This document shows positions 1-11,400 of a stretch of DNA of 64,000 bases, in pieces. Below the pieces are notes generated by a model. That model worked only from the letters and a program-made list of their open reading frames with translations, was not told the origin of the DNA and searched no databases. The position numbers and the translations under genes were made by a program. Position 1 is the stretch's first letter. Each line of letters opens with the position of its first letter. The stretch spans positions 11,195-75,194 of IMG/VR virus record IMGVR_UViG_3300034121_001409; one strand, written 5' to 3'. The DNA comes from a virus.

Positions 1-1429
1 TAGCACTTGCAACTGGAGATGTCGTACCTATACCAACACTTCCTAATGCTGCCGTTGTACTTCCTTTTATAGTAAGAATTTCCGAAGGAGTAAAATTACC
101 AAATCCACCCGCTTGACCTGTATTTCCACAAAAATCCATTTGACCGTTTGCCGTTTTTATTACGTTTGAGTATGTTAACTCACCTCTGTAAGAACCGCTT
201 ATATAATCGCCATTGAATACAATTGCATTAGTAGTTGATGAGGGCTTGGCAAAGGTCAAGTAATTACTTCCTGTGCTTGTAACTACACAGACTGGCGATG
301 TGCTTGTACTAATCATTATATGTTGTGACGTTCCGGCTGAATATTGTAAGAATCCAGTTAAAGAACCTATCCATTGTGTATTAGATAAAAAGTTAACAAA
401 AGAGCCCGATACCAACTGAATATTACCAGCCGTTATGTTAAGCGCATTATTAGTTGTCGCACCACTTGCCGTTAATTGTAATGCTATATTGGTGCTTGTT
501 GTTCCTGTGTGTGTGTTGCTGAATATACCGGCTCTTGTTGTTTGTGCTGACGTTGCATTGGCACCGCTTAAAGCTACATTAAAAAGAGTTTGAGTATTTG
601 ATGCCGCTGCTGTAGAAGTAGAACTTATTTTGAATCCTATTCCGGAGGAAATACTGTTCCACTGCCAATCAACAGCATTTGCTGCTGAATTTATTGTTGC
701 TGCTGTTGTTGCTGCTGTTATTGCATCTAATGTTGCACCACCCGATATAGTCCAGCTTCTATTGTCGCTTAAATCATAAGTTGTTCCATTAATAGTAAGT
801 GTTCTTGCATTTGTTACCGGTGTATATCCCAATGCAGTTGTAATTTGAGTGCTATTTATAGATGTCAGATAACCACTATCATTTGTCCATTGGCTTATGT
901 TTCCTGTTTTATTTGTAAAAGCCGTAGAGCTTGTTGCTGTTGCATATCCGGCTAATGCATGGTTTCCCCAACCATAGGCTGTATTCCAATTAGTTGAGTT
1001 ATCTGTTATAGAAGCAGCCCAAGCTGTGCCTGTACTTATTGGTATTCCTGCACTTGGATAAACCACTGTACCCCCTGAAATAGATGGTATTATATTCCAA
1101 CCGTCTTCTGAATAAGACAAACTATCTCCTGATTCTAAAGTGGCTTTTATTAGTATAACTTCTGTACCAAGTCCATTTATTTTAACAGTAATCTCAGAAG
1201 CTACTGTGTCTTGATTATAAATTGAAATAGCAACAATATCTCTTGAGGATTGGTCTGTAGGTGCTAATAAGGCTACCACAGGAGTTGTGTTGTTTGTATG
1301 CCCTATAGTGGTGATATTTTTTTTATCTGCGTTATTGGTGTAAGTAACAGAATAACTAATTTGGTGTGTTGTCACAACCCCTGATAGAACCAACTCTAAT
1401 CTTGATAATATGTTAGTTAAAGCTATCAC
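1..1429 (-). CDS. Tail fibre / receptor-binding protein (truncated by window edge; not in ORF track)
   Basis: Manually translated from GTG at 1429 (MIALTNILSRLELV...) and open to position 2. T/S/A/N-rich, with fibre-type motifs NWNTAYGWGNHA, WTNDSGYLT, ALGYTPV and GSVGIGTTSP. Confidence 0.75.
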   Translation of the reverse strand, partial: MIALTNILSRLELVLSGVVTTHQISYSVTYTNNADKKNITTIGHTNNTTPVVALLAPTDQSSRDIVAISIYNQDTVASEITVKINGLGTEVILIKATLESGDSLSYSEDGWNIIPSISGGTVVYPSAGIPISTGTAWAASITDNSTNWNTAYGWGNHALAGYATATSSTAFTNKTGNISQWTNDSGYLTSINSTQITTALGYTPVTNARTLTINGTTYDLSDNRSWTISGGATLDAITAATTAATINSAANAVDWQWNSISSGIGFKISSTSTAAASNTQTLFNVALSGANATSAQTTRAGIFSNTHTGTTSTNIALQLTASGATTNNALNITAGNIQLVSGSFVNFLSNTQWIGSLTGFLQYSAGTSQHIMISTSTSPVCVVTSTGSNYLTFAKPSSTTNAIVFNGDYISGSYRGELTYSNVIKTANGQMDFCGNTGQAGGFGNFTPSEILTIKGSTTAALGSVGIGTTSPVASA

Positions 1430-1431
1430 TA

Positions 1432-2019
1432 TTAGTCCATTTGTTTTTCATCTTGTGTTTTTCCTAAAAACTTTTCTACGTTTCCATCTTTGTTAAAGTT
1501 CTGCATTCTCATCATCCACCATAAAGGAGGAAACTTCTTATCGCTAACATAGAAAATGTTATTAAATGCAGAAAGAGTAGGATATGTCATTATAAGTAAC
1601 TTCCAAGTGAGAACAAAATAGTTTCTTGCATCAGGTGAGTTTATAAACTCCTGTGGACTTGAAAACGCTTGGAATATCTGAACAGCAACGTAACTTACTC
1701 CAAGTTTAGTAGCTAAACCTATAATCAAAAGAAGCATATTAAACCTACTTAGTTTGAATGACTTTAATACTCCCATAAACGCATCTGTTAAGCATAAGAA
1801 AATAACAGTTTGAAAAAAGTATTTTTCAGGTATAAGAAAATCTCTTACAAAATCAGTTATGTATATTAACGGACTTAGCATTATAGTAAACATAATAGAG
1901 TATAGTACTTTTACTTTAAATGATTTTATACCTATCGCATAGATAAGGTTCTCTATAAATCCATCTATAAATTCTTTTACCATTGTATGGCTTTTTATTT
2001 GGCTACTTAATGAGTTCAT
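1432..2019 (-). CDS. Multi-pass membrane protein, putative holin
   Basis: About 4 hydrophobic segments, D-x-x-x-G-V-x-K-S motif, charged C-terminus; lies next to tail genes. Confidence 0.5.
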   Translation of the reverse strand: MNSLSSQIKSHTMVKEFIDGFIENLIYAIGIKSFKVKVLYSIMFTIMLSPLIYITDFVRDFLIPEKYFFQTVIFLCLTDAFMGVLKSFKLSRFNMLLLIIGLATKLGVSYVAVQIFQAFSSPQEFINSPDARNYFVLTWKLLIMTYPTLSAFNNIFYVSDKKFPPLWWMMRMQNFNKDGNVEKFLGKTQDEKQMD

Positions 2020-2198
2020 ACTCCTGCTTTAATCGCATTCTTTTCAATACCTGCAACTTTGACTATTTGCATTGTCTTGATGAATTTAAGATTGTCATTT
2101 GGCAAAGCATCAACATCTGCTTTTACTTTAGCATCAATAGCTTTGATTTGATTAATTTGTTCTTCTGTAAAAACATTTATCTGAAGTAAGTTACTCAT
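2016..2198 (-). CDS. Hypothetical protein
   Basis: 60 aa, ATGA overlap with the next gene, A-rich leader. Confidence 0.6.
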   Translation of the reverse strand: MSNLLQINVFTEEQINQIKAIDAKVKADVDALPNDNLKFIKTMQIVKVAGIEKNAIKAGV

Positions 2199-2327
2199 AG
2201 TTGTATGTTTTAATTAAATGTTTTAATTAAATAATTCCTTTATTGCTTAAAATTGAGAGTACGGTTGCTAATATTACTATAACAGCAAACCACGAAACCC
2301 AAAACGCTATTCTTTTCTTTGATATGC

Positions 2328-2729
2328 TCATATTCTATATTTTTTAGATGTGTAAAATAGATGAAAAGATACAGTCCTTACAAAATAGACAGACAGTAAT
2401 TGAAAGCTATAATATGGTGTTACTTTGCCGGAAATAAAACCTACAAAAAAGCCTGACAGTATAAGACAGATTGTAAGCACTAATTGATACTTATGCCATC
2501 CATCTGTTTGTGCTACAAATAAGTTTCTCATTAGCCATACCTTTATTTTGCCTGTATATTTATTTTTGTTTTGACTACTTAAATGCTTATGCCAATATTC
2601 GTATGGTGTTTTATTCAGTTTGGATTCTTCTGATAAATCACATATCATTTTTGCATACCCTGAAAAATAGGCTGCAATGTGAGCGACTAAGCTAAAAACG
2701 ACTGATAATATAATTAATATTTTATCCAT
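2328..2729 (-). CDS. Hypothetical membrane protein (TDGWH motif)
   Basis: Three hydrophobic segments; co-oriented with neighbours. Confidence 0.6.
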   Translation of the reverse strand: MDKILIILSVVFSLVAHIAAYFSGYAKMICDLSEESKLNKTPYEYWHKHLSSQNKNKYTGKIKVWLMRNLFVAQTDGWHKYQLVLTICLILSGFFVGFISGKVTPYYSFQLLSVYFVRTVSFHLFYTSKKYRI

Positions 2730-2735
2730 TATTTA

Positions 2736-4799
2736 TTAAATAGGAAATTTTTTAATTAATGCTTTAATATTAACAGAACCTGTTGTTAAGTCTTGCGGAT
2801 TTACTTCACTACCTCCTACATCAAAGTTTATAAACATTTCTAAATCATTAAACCCATTTGTGATATCATAGGTATCTGCAAAACTTGCAACTGTTACTGT
2901 TTTGCCGACTGTACCTAAATAAAGATTGCTACTTACTGTAGCCGACATAACTCCTGCAGAACCATATATAGTATCGAAAACCTCAGTAACATTCTGATAA
3001 ATTTTATCGACGTAGTAGCCGCTTGGAATCCCTTTTAATTCTACTTGAACCAGACTTGTGGCAGCCGCAACGTTAATGTCGTTATAAGTAACTGTACCTA
3101 ACTCAAAAATGATTTCATCTTTAGGTTCAGTTATAAGTATTACCATATCATCAATACCACCAAATTCACTGGGAAATTGAACCTTTCTAAAAGTTAACGT
3201 TGAACCTTTTTCAATTATAGTTGGAACGGCTGTAAGTTCTGATACTACTCCATTAAAAGTAACATTTGTAACTTGACATAAACAATGAATAGTTATATCT
3301 GCACCAAGTAAATGTTTTTCCTTAATAATATTAAAAGTAATATTATCAACAGGTGATTGAATACCTTCACCAGCAGAACCTATAGCATTCCAACCATTTT
3401 TAACTTCAACTGTATCATTATCTTCTATAACGGTAAAACTTCCAAGTCCTTGTAAGCTATTAGTGAAATTTACATATTGGTCTGTATAACCTGTAATTGT
3501 TTCATTTACATCCACACTCCCAAAAATACCATCTTCACTTGCATTATATAGAACAACATCATTTAATTCATCTTTAAAAACATAGAAAGTTCTTATTTCA
3601 GCAAAAGTACTTGAACCACTTTCTCTTTGTGTATTTGGCTGTATAAAGTAGCTTTGGTAATGAGTTTGATAAACACCTCCATCAACAAAGTAAAATCTTA
3701 TTTTAGGAATGTGAGTTTCAAAATCAAATACATATTCAGGAATATCTTCAGGTATTTTAACTTTAAAAGTGGGATATAGTTCTCTGTCTACATAGAATAT
3801 TAAAAGTTTATCTAAATCATCTGCAACAATAGTGTAGTTTTCTTCAATATCTAAATCTGCACTTGTGATAAATTTCTGATTGAAAAATAGCTCATCATCA
3901 GAAGGAATCATGTTATTACCACCTGTATTAAAAAGTTCCCAAACTGCTGCTCCCTCTGTTGCGTCGGTACAAATGTAAGTTGTGTTATCATCCAAACTCC
4001 ATAAGCTACCAACGCTATACCCTTTTGTATCATCATCGTTTACGGTAGGTGTAGTGGTGAAATTATAAAGCGATTGTCTTATTGTATTACCATTACTGCC
4101 CATTACATACAACCGCCCAGCTTCCCATTTTAATTCGTAACCAACAGCACATATTTGAGCAATACCATTAGTACCGCCTAATCCTGCATCAATCGTTCCT
4201 TTTTTTAGCATGGAACTATTATCTAATATAATAGCATCGCCATCGGATAAGTTTATATTTTCACCATCTGTTGTATTGCCATTAACAAGAGTTTCTGCTA
4301 ATGTTTGTGACCCACCACTGCCACCACCTGATTCCGCAGGAATATTCTCTATAGCATCCTTTATTTGAGCTTCATTTTCCGATACTAAATAATAATTAAA
4401 GTTTGATGCGTTTTGTGTTTTTGACTCACTGTAAGTGGTTATAAGTGACTTAGAGCCTCTGCTCTCTATTTTGACTATTGTAAAAGGATTTAAGTATGTT
4501 AATCTTACTTCAGATGTTTTCTCGTTTAGTGCCTCTGTATTTACTGCTAAAAGAGTTCCTAAAACATCTCCTGCTCCGCTTCCACTTGGGGTTATTATCT
4601 CTAAATTTGTCACGTCTGAGTAACGAATAACGCCACCTTTGCTCTTATTTATACCTTTGGTGTTAATATAAAAAATTAAAACCCCTGATTTAGTTATAGA
4701 GCTTTCTATTAGGTACTCAGGTATAAATACAGTTTTAGGTGCTGAAAGCTGCTTAGAGCCTTCTATTCTGAAATCAAATTTATAAAATCTTAAGCCCAT
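2736..4799 (-). CDS. Virion structural / tail-fibre-like protein
   Basis: Acidic and beta-rich; GGGSGGSQTLAETL linker; PTVNDD...GYSVGSLW...YICTDATEGAAVW fibre-type motif. Confidence 0.55.
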   Translation of the reverse strand: MGLRFYKFDFRIEGSKQLSAPKTVFIPEYLIESSITKSGVLIFYINTKGINKSKGGVIRYSDVTNLEIITPSGSGAGDVLGTLLAVNTEALNEKTSEVRLTYLNPFTIVKIESRGSKSLITTYSESKTQNASNFNYYLVSENEAQIKDAIENIPAESGGGSGGSQTLAETLVNGNTTDGENINLSDGDAIILDNSSMLKKGTIDAGLGGTNGIAQICAVGYELKWEAGRLYVMGSNGNTIRQSLYNFTTTPTVNDDDTKGYSVGSLWSLDDNTTYICTDATEGAAVWELFNTGGNNMIPSDDELFFNQKFITSADLDIEENYTIVADDLDKLLIFYVDRELYPTFKVKIPEDIPEYVFDFETHIPKIRFYFVDGGVYQTHYQSYFIQPNTQRESGSSTFAEIRTFYVFKDELNDVVLYNASEDGIFGSVDVNETITGYTDQYVNFTNSLQGLGSFTVIEDNDTVEVKNGWNAIGSAGEGIQSPVDNITFNIIKEKHLLGADITIHCLCQVTNVTFNGVVSELTAVPTIIEKGSTLTFRKVQFPSEFGGIDDMVILITEPKDEIIFELGTVTYNDINVAAATSLVQVELKGIPSGYYVDKIYQNVTEVFDTIYGSAGVMSATVSSNLYLGTVGKTVTVASFADTYDITNGFNDLEMFINFDVGGSEVNPQDLTTGSVNIKALIKKFPI

Positions 4800-4809
4800 G
4801 TTTTTTTTT

Positions 4810-4817
4810 CAAAATTA
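4810..4817 (-). promoter_or_regulatory. Bacteroidota sigma-A -7 box (TAATTTTG)
   Basis: Matches TAnnTTTG, 10 nt upstream of ATG 4799 in a short intergenic gap. Confidence 0.6.
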
Positions 4818-4854
4818 AAACTTTATTGTATACAAAACAATAACCTGTATTATT

Positions 4855-5496
4855 TTACCTTATAGCACCAAAAAGAAACTTGGCGTTTTTCAACCTTCCG
4901 GCTGTTACAACACTGCTTCCGGCTCCTTCTAAAAGCTCTCCTACGTTGTCTTTAGCGTAACAAACCTTCAGTCTTCCTGCTCTGTGCTTCTTGTTGATGT
5001 CAATATCAATATGCTCAACCGGAGATATATTGTACAGGTCTATCATCTTAATCAGGCTGCTTTTTCTTATAGCGTAGCATACCGTAGACCACACGCATTC
5101 TTTTTCTTGCAGAAGATGATTAACGCTGCTTATTATCTTATGGTTTTTTGATGAAGCAAACGCTACCGGAAACACCATATCATACTGCTCCGGTGCAGAA
5201 GCCAACATCTCTTCTATTTTTTCTTTTGCATCCGAGTTTGCCTTCATATCATCCTCCATGAATACACACCAATCTGAATCATCACTCATGCTGTTCTGCC
5301 ACATAAGCATATGGCTTACCCAACAACCCAACAACCCAAGCCTGTGTGATTTGTTTGTATTCCGGAGTTCTGTTTTATTGTTATTGAGACCATAAAAAAC
5401 CTTTGGCTCTATACCGGCTTTATTCAATGTTACCAAAGTCCGTTGGAGCCTGTCCGGTGTTTCTTTCAGTGTGAGTATTGTATAAGATATTTTCAT
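4855..5496 (-). CDS. Glycosyltransferase family 25 (LPS-type)
   Basis: GCWVSHMLMW, FMEDD, STVCYAI and EHIDI motifs typical of GT25. Confidence 0.8.
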   Translation of the reverse strand: MKISYTILTLKETPDRLQRTLVTLNKAGIEPKVFYGLNNNKTELRNTNKSHRLGLLGCWVSHMLMWQNSMSDDSDWCVFMEDDMKANSDAKEKIEEMLASAPEQYDMVFPVAFASSKNHKIISSVNHLLQEKECVWSTVCYAIRKSSLIKMIDLYNISPVEHIDIDINKKHRAGRLKVCYAKDNVGELLEGAGSSVVTAGRLKNAKFLFGAIR

Positions 5497-8400
5497 TAGT
5501 TCTTTATTCCAAATTCTTTACCAATATGCTTTATGATTTTATTACGAACCCTATCAACCTCTGCCTGTTTTTGCTCTAAAGTTTTCTTGGAGTTTTTATT
5601 GATGTCAGAAATTCCGGCTCCGTATTTTTTTGTCATTGACTCCCATACCATGTTTGATAATGCGTATTGCAAGTTTGGCTCAGAAGGCACTGATTTGCCA
5701 TACTTCTTTTCATACATACTGATAACTTCTTTACGGATACCCTCATCCTTTAAAACTTTCTTAGCTACATCAGTTGATTTTCTCCAAATAGCCTCACTGT
5801 TAAGATATAAATTATTAGCCTGTACATAATCCCAATTCTTTTTGGCATCTTCACTCATGTTTACAAATCCGGCTATCATACGCAGGTTGTATAAACCACC
5901 CAATCCTAAGTCTTCTTCTTTGTACATCTGATTACCAAGAACATCAACCTTTGGTGGTCTGCTTCCAAGTTTAGCCATTACACTGTTATTCAAAACAAAG
6001 TTTTGGAATCCTGATAAATACTCAGAAGAACGTCTTTTTGTTTCCTGAGAGTTATCAAATAAGTTGCCTATATATTTATAGTAATTACTATTTGTTGGCA
6101 GAACCTGTGCCGGAGTCATCATCAGAGCAATAACTGCTTCTCTCTTTTTGTAATCATCGTTAGAGTTCAACGCATCCATAACCCTTTGGTATCCCACCAT
6201 GTATCTTTGCTCTGCCATCCAATCTAAAGTTCCGGTCATCGCTGCACCGAATCCAACTTTGATTTTATCCTTAGATAATGCTTCAACTAATTCATTGTAC
6301 TCATCGCTCTGTGTTGCATCTTTTCCTTTCTGTGCCTTTAGTTGCTGTTTTCTTGCAACCTTATTTGCTATATGACCAACAATAAACAAGTTAATACCAA
6401 CAGGCATATCTCGGTAATTAAATGAATGGTACTCTCCATCATCATCTTTATAAACAATAGATGTTGGATGATATGCGTCTCCTAAATTATCAGCAAGTTT
6501 TTTATCATACCCACCCCAAATTTTAAATTTGTCATTATTGAACACAATACCCTTATCTTCATCGTCATCGTCATCATTTCCTTTAAACATCATACCCATC
6601 AATGTAGCGGTTAATGCCCATCCAATAGCTTGTCTTGCGAACCTATTGAAATGTTCATCGGAATCATAAACATACTCATCGCCCTGCGCTTTTTTAATCA
6701 TCCCTTGTGCTGCAAAATCCATACCCTGAAACCCTAATCCTAAAATTGGATTATAATCTATCGCCATGCCTAATCCATGAGCAGGTATAGTTATTATAGG
6801 CATAACTGTCATTCCTAAAAATTGACCTGCACTATAGAAAAATATCTGCGCTCTCTCAGATGTTGTTAATGTCGGCTTCTTAAGTATTTCATCTATTTGA
6901 GCTTGACCAAAGTTTTTTAATTTACTTGAAGCAGAAATCATAATGTATGACAACAATCTATTGCTTCTGTGTAACAACATCGTCTCTGCTCTAAATGCAG
7001 CCAATCTACCCACATCTCCCAACTCCTCATACATTATCTCAGCCTTTCTTTTATTCTTGGTTAAATCACCTACAGTGACTCCGGTTGCTGCTAACGCTGC
7101 CATCTCTGCATCGAATCTATCTTGAACTCTTTTCTTAAACTCCGTTGTATTGCCAATCATCTCATCCAACTTATCCTTAAAGTCTACATCACTATGGTGA
7201 ACACCTTGTTCTTTTAATGTTTTTAATGCAACCCTGTACACCTGATTGTGTGCAATCTTATCAGAGAAGAATCCATCCATAGCACCGAGTGAACGAGATG
7301 TTATTGTGTGACCCAACATGATATACTTCAATAAATTTCCAAGACCACCAAAATCCTTTTCAAATAAATGAGAATACAATCCTTTCTGCTGTCTGTATAG
7401 TTTTGAATTTGTAGGCTCTGAAGATTTGATACTTTCCCATACAGTTTTTAATCTCTTGAAGAACCCATCTGACTCAATAGGATTTCCTTTCAATGATTCT
7501 TTTATATTTATTCTTCCTTTTGCTGCATCCTGAAATCCCTGAAGCGTTATGCCTTCTAATGATGTTGCTGTAGCAGCAATGATATTTCTAAGCATAGTAG
7601 AAACACTTCCGAGAATATGCGTATAAAACATCTCCTGTATAGTTGCAAAGAATGCCAAAGATTTTACGCCTTTATTTTTAGTAAGCAATGTGTTAAACTG
7701 AGCCATTAAAACCTGTTTAACAGCACCCTGTGGTGTTGCCACTATAGCTTTAGCAAGATTCTGCAACTGAGTCATCAGTTGGCTGTTCATATGCGGTATA
7801 CCCATTGCATCAAACACAGCAGAATACTTGGCTTTATTCTCCGGTGATAAATTACCAAACTTGAGAACATTATTTACCATTGCTTCTATTGGCGTAGTAG
7901 CTGCTGTAGGAATAATGCCGAGAATCTTCTCCTGTATCTTGCGCTCCTGATTTTTAAACACCTGCTCCGCTTTCTTTTCAACTCTTCTTTTTATATCCTT
8001 GAACAATGCATCCGATATGGCTTTCGCTTCTGAATGAGTGAGACCTGTCTCTTTTATTATTCGCTGAACAAAATCAATAGCCTCTTTATTTACATCGCCA
8101 AAGTGAGATACTGCCAACTCTTTAATCTTCTCCTGTAATGCCTTTGGATTAGCTGCAAATCTTTCTCTCACAATACGTGATGCTTCACTATCTCTGAATG
8201 GTTTTCCTTTTGCAGAAGCTATGTATTCTTTCAGGTCTCTTTTCTTCTCATACTTTTCAGAGTCAGATAATGAACCATCATTATCAATCTGCTGCTCAAC
8301 TACTGTGTATGCGTAATCCCACATACTGTCAGCCAAGTTATTGTTTCTTATTCTCCAAGCGATATCCTGTAGTAAGTTCTTACCATTAGGTTTTCTTGCC

Positions 8401-11400
8401 TTCTTGTTCTCTGATTTGTATTTGTCTATCAGAGCCTGAACCAACTTCTCCTCATTGGATTTTGCTTTTGGTGCAGAAGGATTCTCATGGTTTATAATTG
8501 CTTCAGCTAATCTGTCTTTTGGTGTAGCATCTTTCTTCGCCTCCGGCTCACTAAATTCTTTCGCCACAGTAGCTTCTACTTTAGCTTTGCCTCTGTCAGA
8601 TAAATTTTGATACCAATCTGCTTCTCTCATTTTTTCCAATGCAGCAGCAAGACCATCTGCTATCTTTCCTGATATCTCTATTGCCTTAGCTCCTGCCTCT
8701 ACAATATCATCCCAAGATATTATTGCATTCTGAACAATATAGAACTGAATCTCATTTCCATTCTCATCAAATAACTTTGGTGGTTTTTTGCTTTTAAATT
8801 TCTTCCTGAATTTATCAGCCGTCTTCTTGGCTTCCTTCTCGTATGACTTCTTCTCCTTCTCTTTTTTGTCTGCCTTCTGAGAAGCCTCAGAATTGGCTTT
8901 TTTTGACGTTTTATTTATAGCCGATGAAACATTGCTGTTCTTATCGTTAAACGCATCCTGAGCAGCCGCAGTAGCCTCGTTATTAATTTCTGACACAACC
9001 TCATCAAAGTTCTGCTCTGTAGTCTTGCCATTCTTCTCTGTGGAAGCCATTCTACTCTCCTGCTCTCTTGATACCTTATCAGTTAATCCTGTTAAAATAC
9101 CTGCCATTGGGTCGGTAGTTGCAGCAGCCATCTCAGTTCCTGATATTGTTAATCTTCCACTGTAAGCAGCCAACACTTTGTCTCTTAATTTACTGTTGCC
9201 TAAATTGTTTGCTAAAATCTGAAGCTTGTTTAATATTTTAATAGTCAGAAAACCTACAGGCTTCGCTCTCTCATCTCCTAACCTTGCAACCTCTTGTGCC
9301 ACATTACTTATATTGTCAAGTAAATCATTTACTGCTGCATATAAATCACCACCATTCTGAGCCATAGCTTCATTCACTATATCATTAGCCATCTTGTCTC
9401 CTTCCTCATGACTTACTACATCATTGAATACTTCTAAATCAGAAAACTCTGCAACATTAGCTCTTCTTGTGGTTCTACTTTGTGCTGTATCATTCGTTAC
9501 CGGAATTGTACTCCATCCAATAATATCGTACTTATCCTTTTCATTAACCGGAGGTGGTACATCTTCAAACATAGAGTCAATCTGCTCTTGAGAAAGACCT
9601 GCTTTTGATAGAGTATTCCTGATTGATTTCTCATCTATACCTTTATCCAACTGCAAGTCAACCCATATTTTAAATTTAGGGTCAACTCCTTGTGCAGAAA
9701 ACTCAACCTGCCTCATTTTTTTAAACGGAATACTATTAAGTTTTGCTGCTATTTTTTCAGGCAATCCTTTCTTTAAAATTTCCACTTCTTCTTTAGTTGG
9801 AATCTCACTATATATACGGATTCTTTCTGCTATCTCGTATGCCTCATCAAATTTAGATTTGGATGATTTAAAGTTTGATATCTCTTCTGCAACAGAAGCT
9901 AATTTTTCTGCATTAAGAATTGCATCTTTCTCAGGATGTGGAATATTTTTAGTAGTAGCAGGTTTGCTTTTAACAGGAGCCATTTCAGGTTTCAAAGGAA
10001 CGAGCGCATCTGCTCTTAATGCAGGAAGCTCAATCTTCTCTCCGGCTCTGCTATAATTCCATTCACCGATAGCCATCTCGTATCCATCCTTCTGTGCCAA
10101 ACGAGCCATCTCCTTCTTTACCTTCTCATATCTAAACGGAGTGTACTCATCAACCTTCTTCTCTGCTCGTTGCTTATATCCATTAGGGTCTGTGTCCATT
10201 GGATACACCTTATCTTTTGGAACAACTACTTCGTATTTTTCACCTCCAACCATTTTTTCTCCATCGGTAGGTTTTGTATAGTAAGAAGCTACACCATACT
10301 GCAACCCCTTCTCATCTCTTGATGTTCTTGTTGAATTGAATTTTCTACTATCAATACCTTTCTGAATTGATTTCTCACTTGCATTGGATACATGGTAGAA
10401 CACATAACTTTTCCCATCTGCTGTTTGTGTAAGATGTGGTTCATAGTATGAATCCTTAATTAAGTTTCCTTGAGCCTGAAACTCTATCTCCTTAATACCC
10501 TTGCCCATTGGTGCTACAACGGACTGCTTTGCAGACTCACTAAACTCCAAAGGCTTTTCGCCCTTTAATGTTTTTTTAGCGTTTAAAACCTCATACTTTT
10601 CTATGTACTTTTGCTTTATATCACTTGTCATTAAATCATAAGCATTAATCTTCTTATCCGGAACGCCAACAACTTCTCCAAGTACGTCATAAGTGTATGT
10701 GCTATGCTTAGATTTACCACCAATGCCTGTGCTTTTTAAGACTATCATTATATCATTTAACCGGAAGTCGTTATCAGATAAAAACCCATCTCTAAGATTA
10801 TTAATATCTAATCCAAACCCCATCTGCCTTAGTAAATCAGCCTCCGGTGTAGTAAGTTTAGATTTTTCTATTAAGTGCAGAAGTATTAATTTTCTTTTTG
10901 AGTTATCAGTTATAAATTCTCTAAAAGTGGTTGTGTTTTCAAAAATAAACTTTATATGACCCTTTGTGTATGACGAGTGTTTCTTAGGTTTACCATCTTT
11001 ATCTAAATCTTTCTTAGGGTCTTTTGCTTCTACATCTTTATTAAAATCAAGCCATGCATTTTTTAATTTATCAAAAGTAGATTTTCCTTTCAACTTTATT
11101 ACTTCTTCATTTACTCCACCCTTGCCTGATTTGATAGTTAGCTCTTTTTTATTCCCTACTAATGCGTCTAATCTGTCATTAAACAACTCAGCGACTTGTT
11201 TATTAAACAATTTACTATCAGATGGGCTTCCACTTATGATGAAAATATAATCCGAACCTTCTAATAACTTATTTAATTCCTTTAATTCAAGCCCTGATGC
11301 CCATATAATTCCATTTTCTCTATTCTCAGGGTCTAATGCAAAACTTAATCCGGCATCTAAATAATGCTCACCATTCTTCACTTCATCGAAATACATTCCT

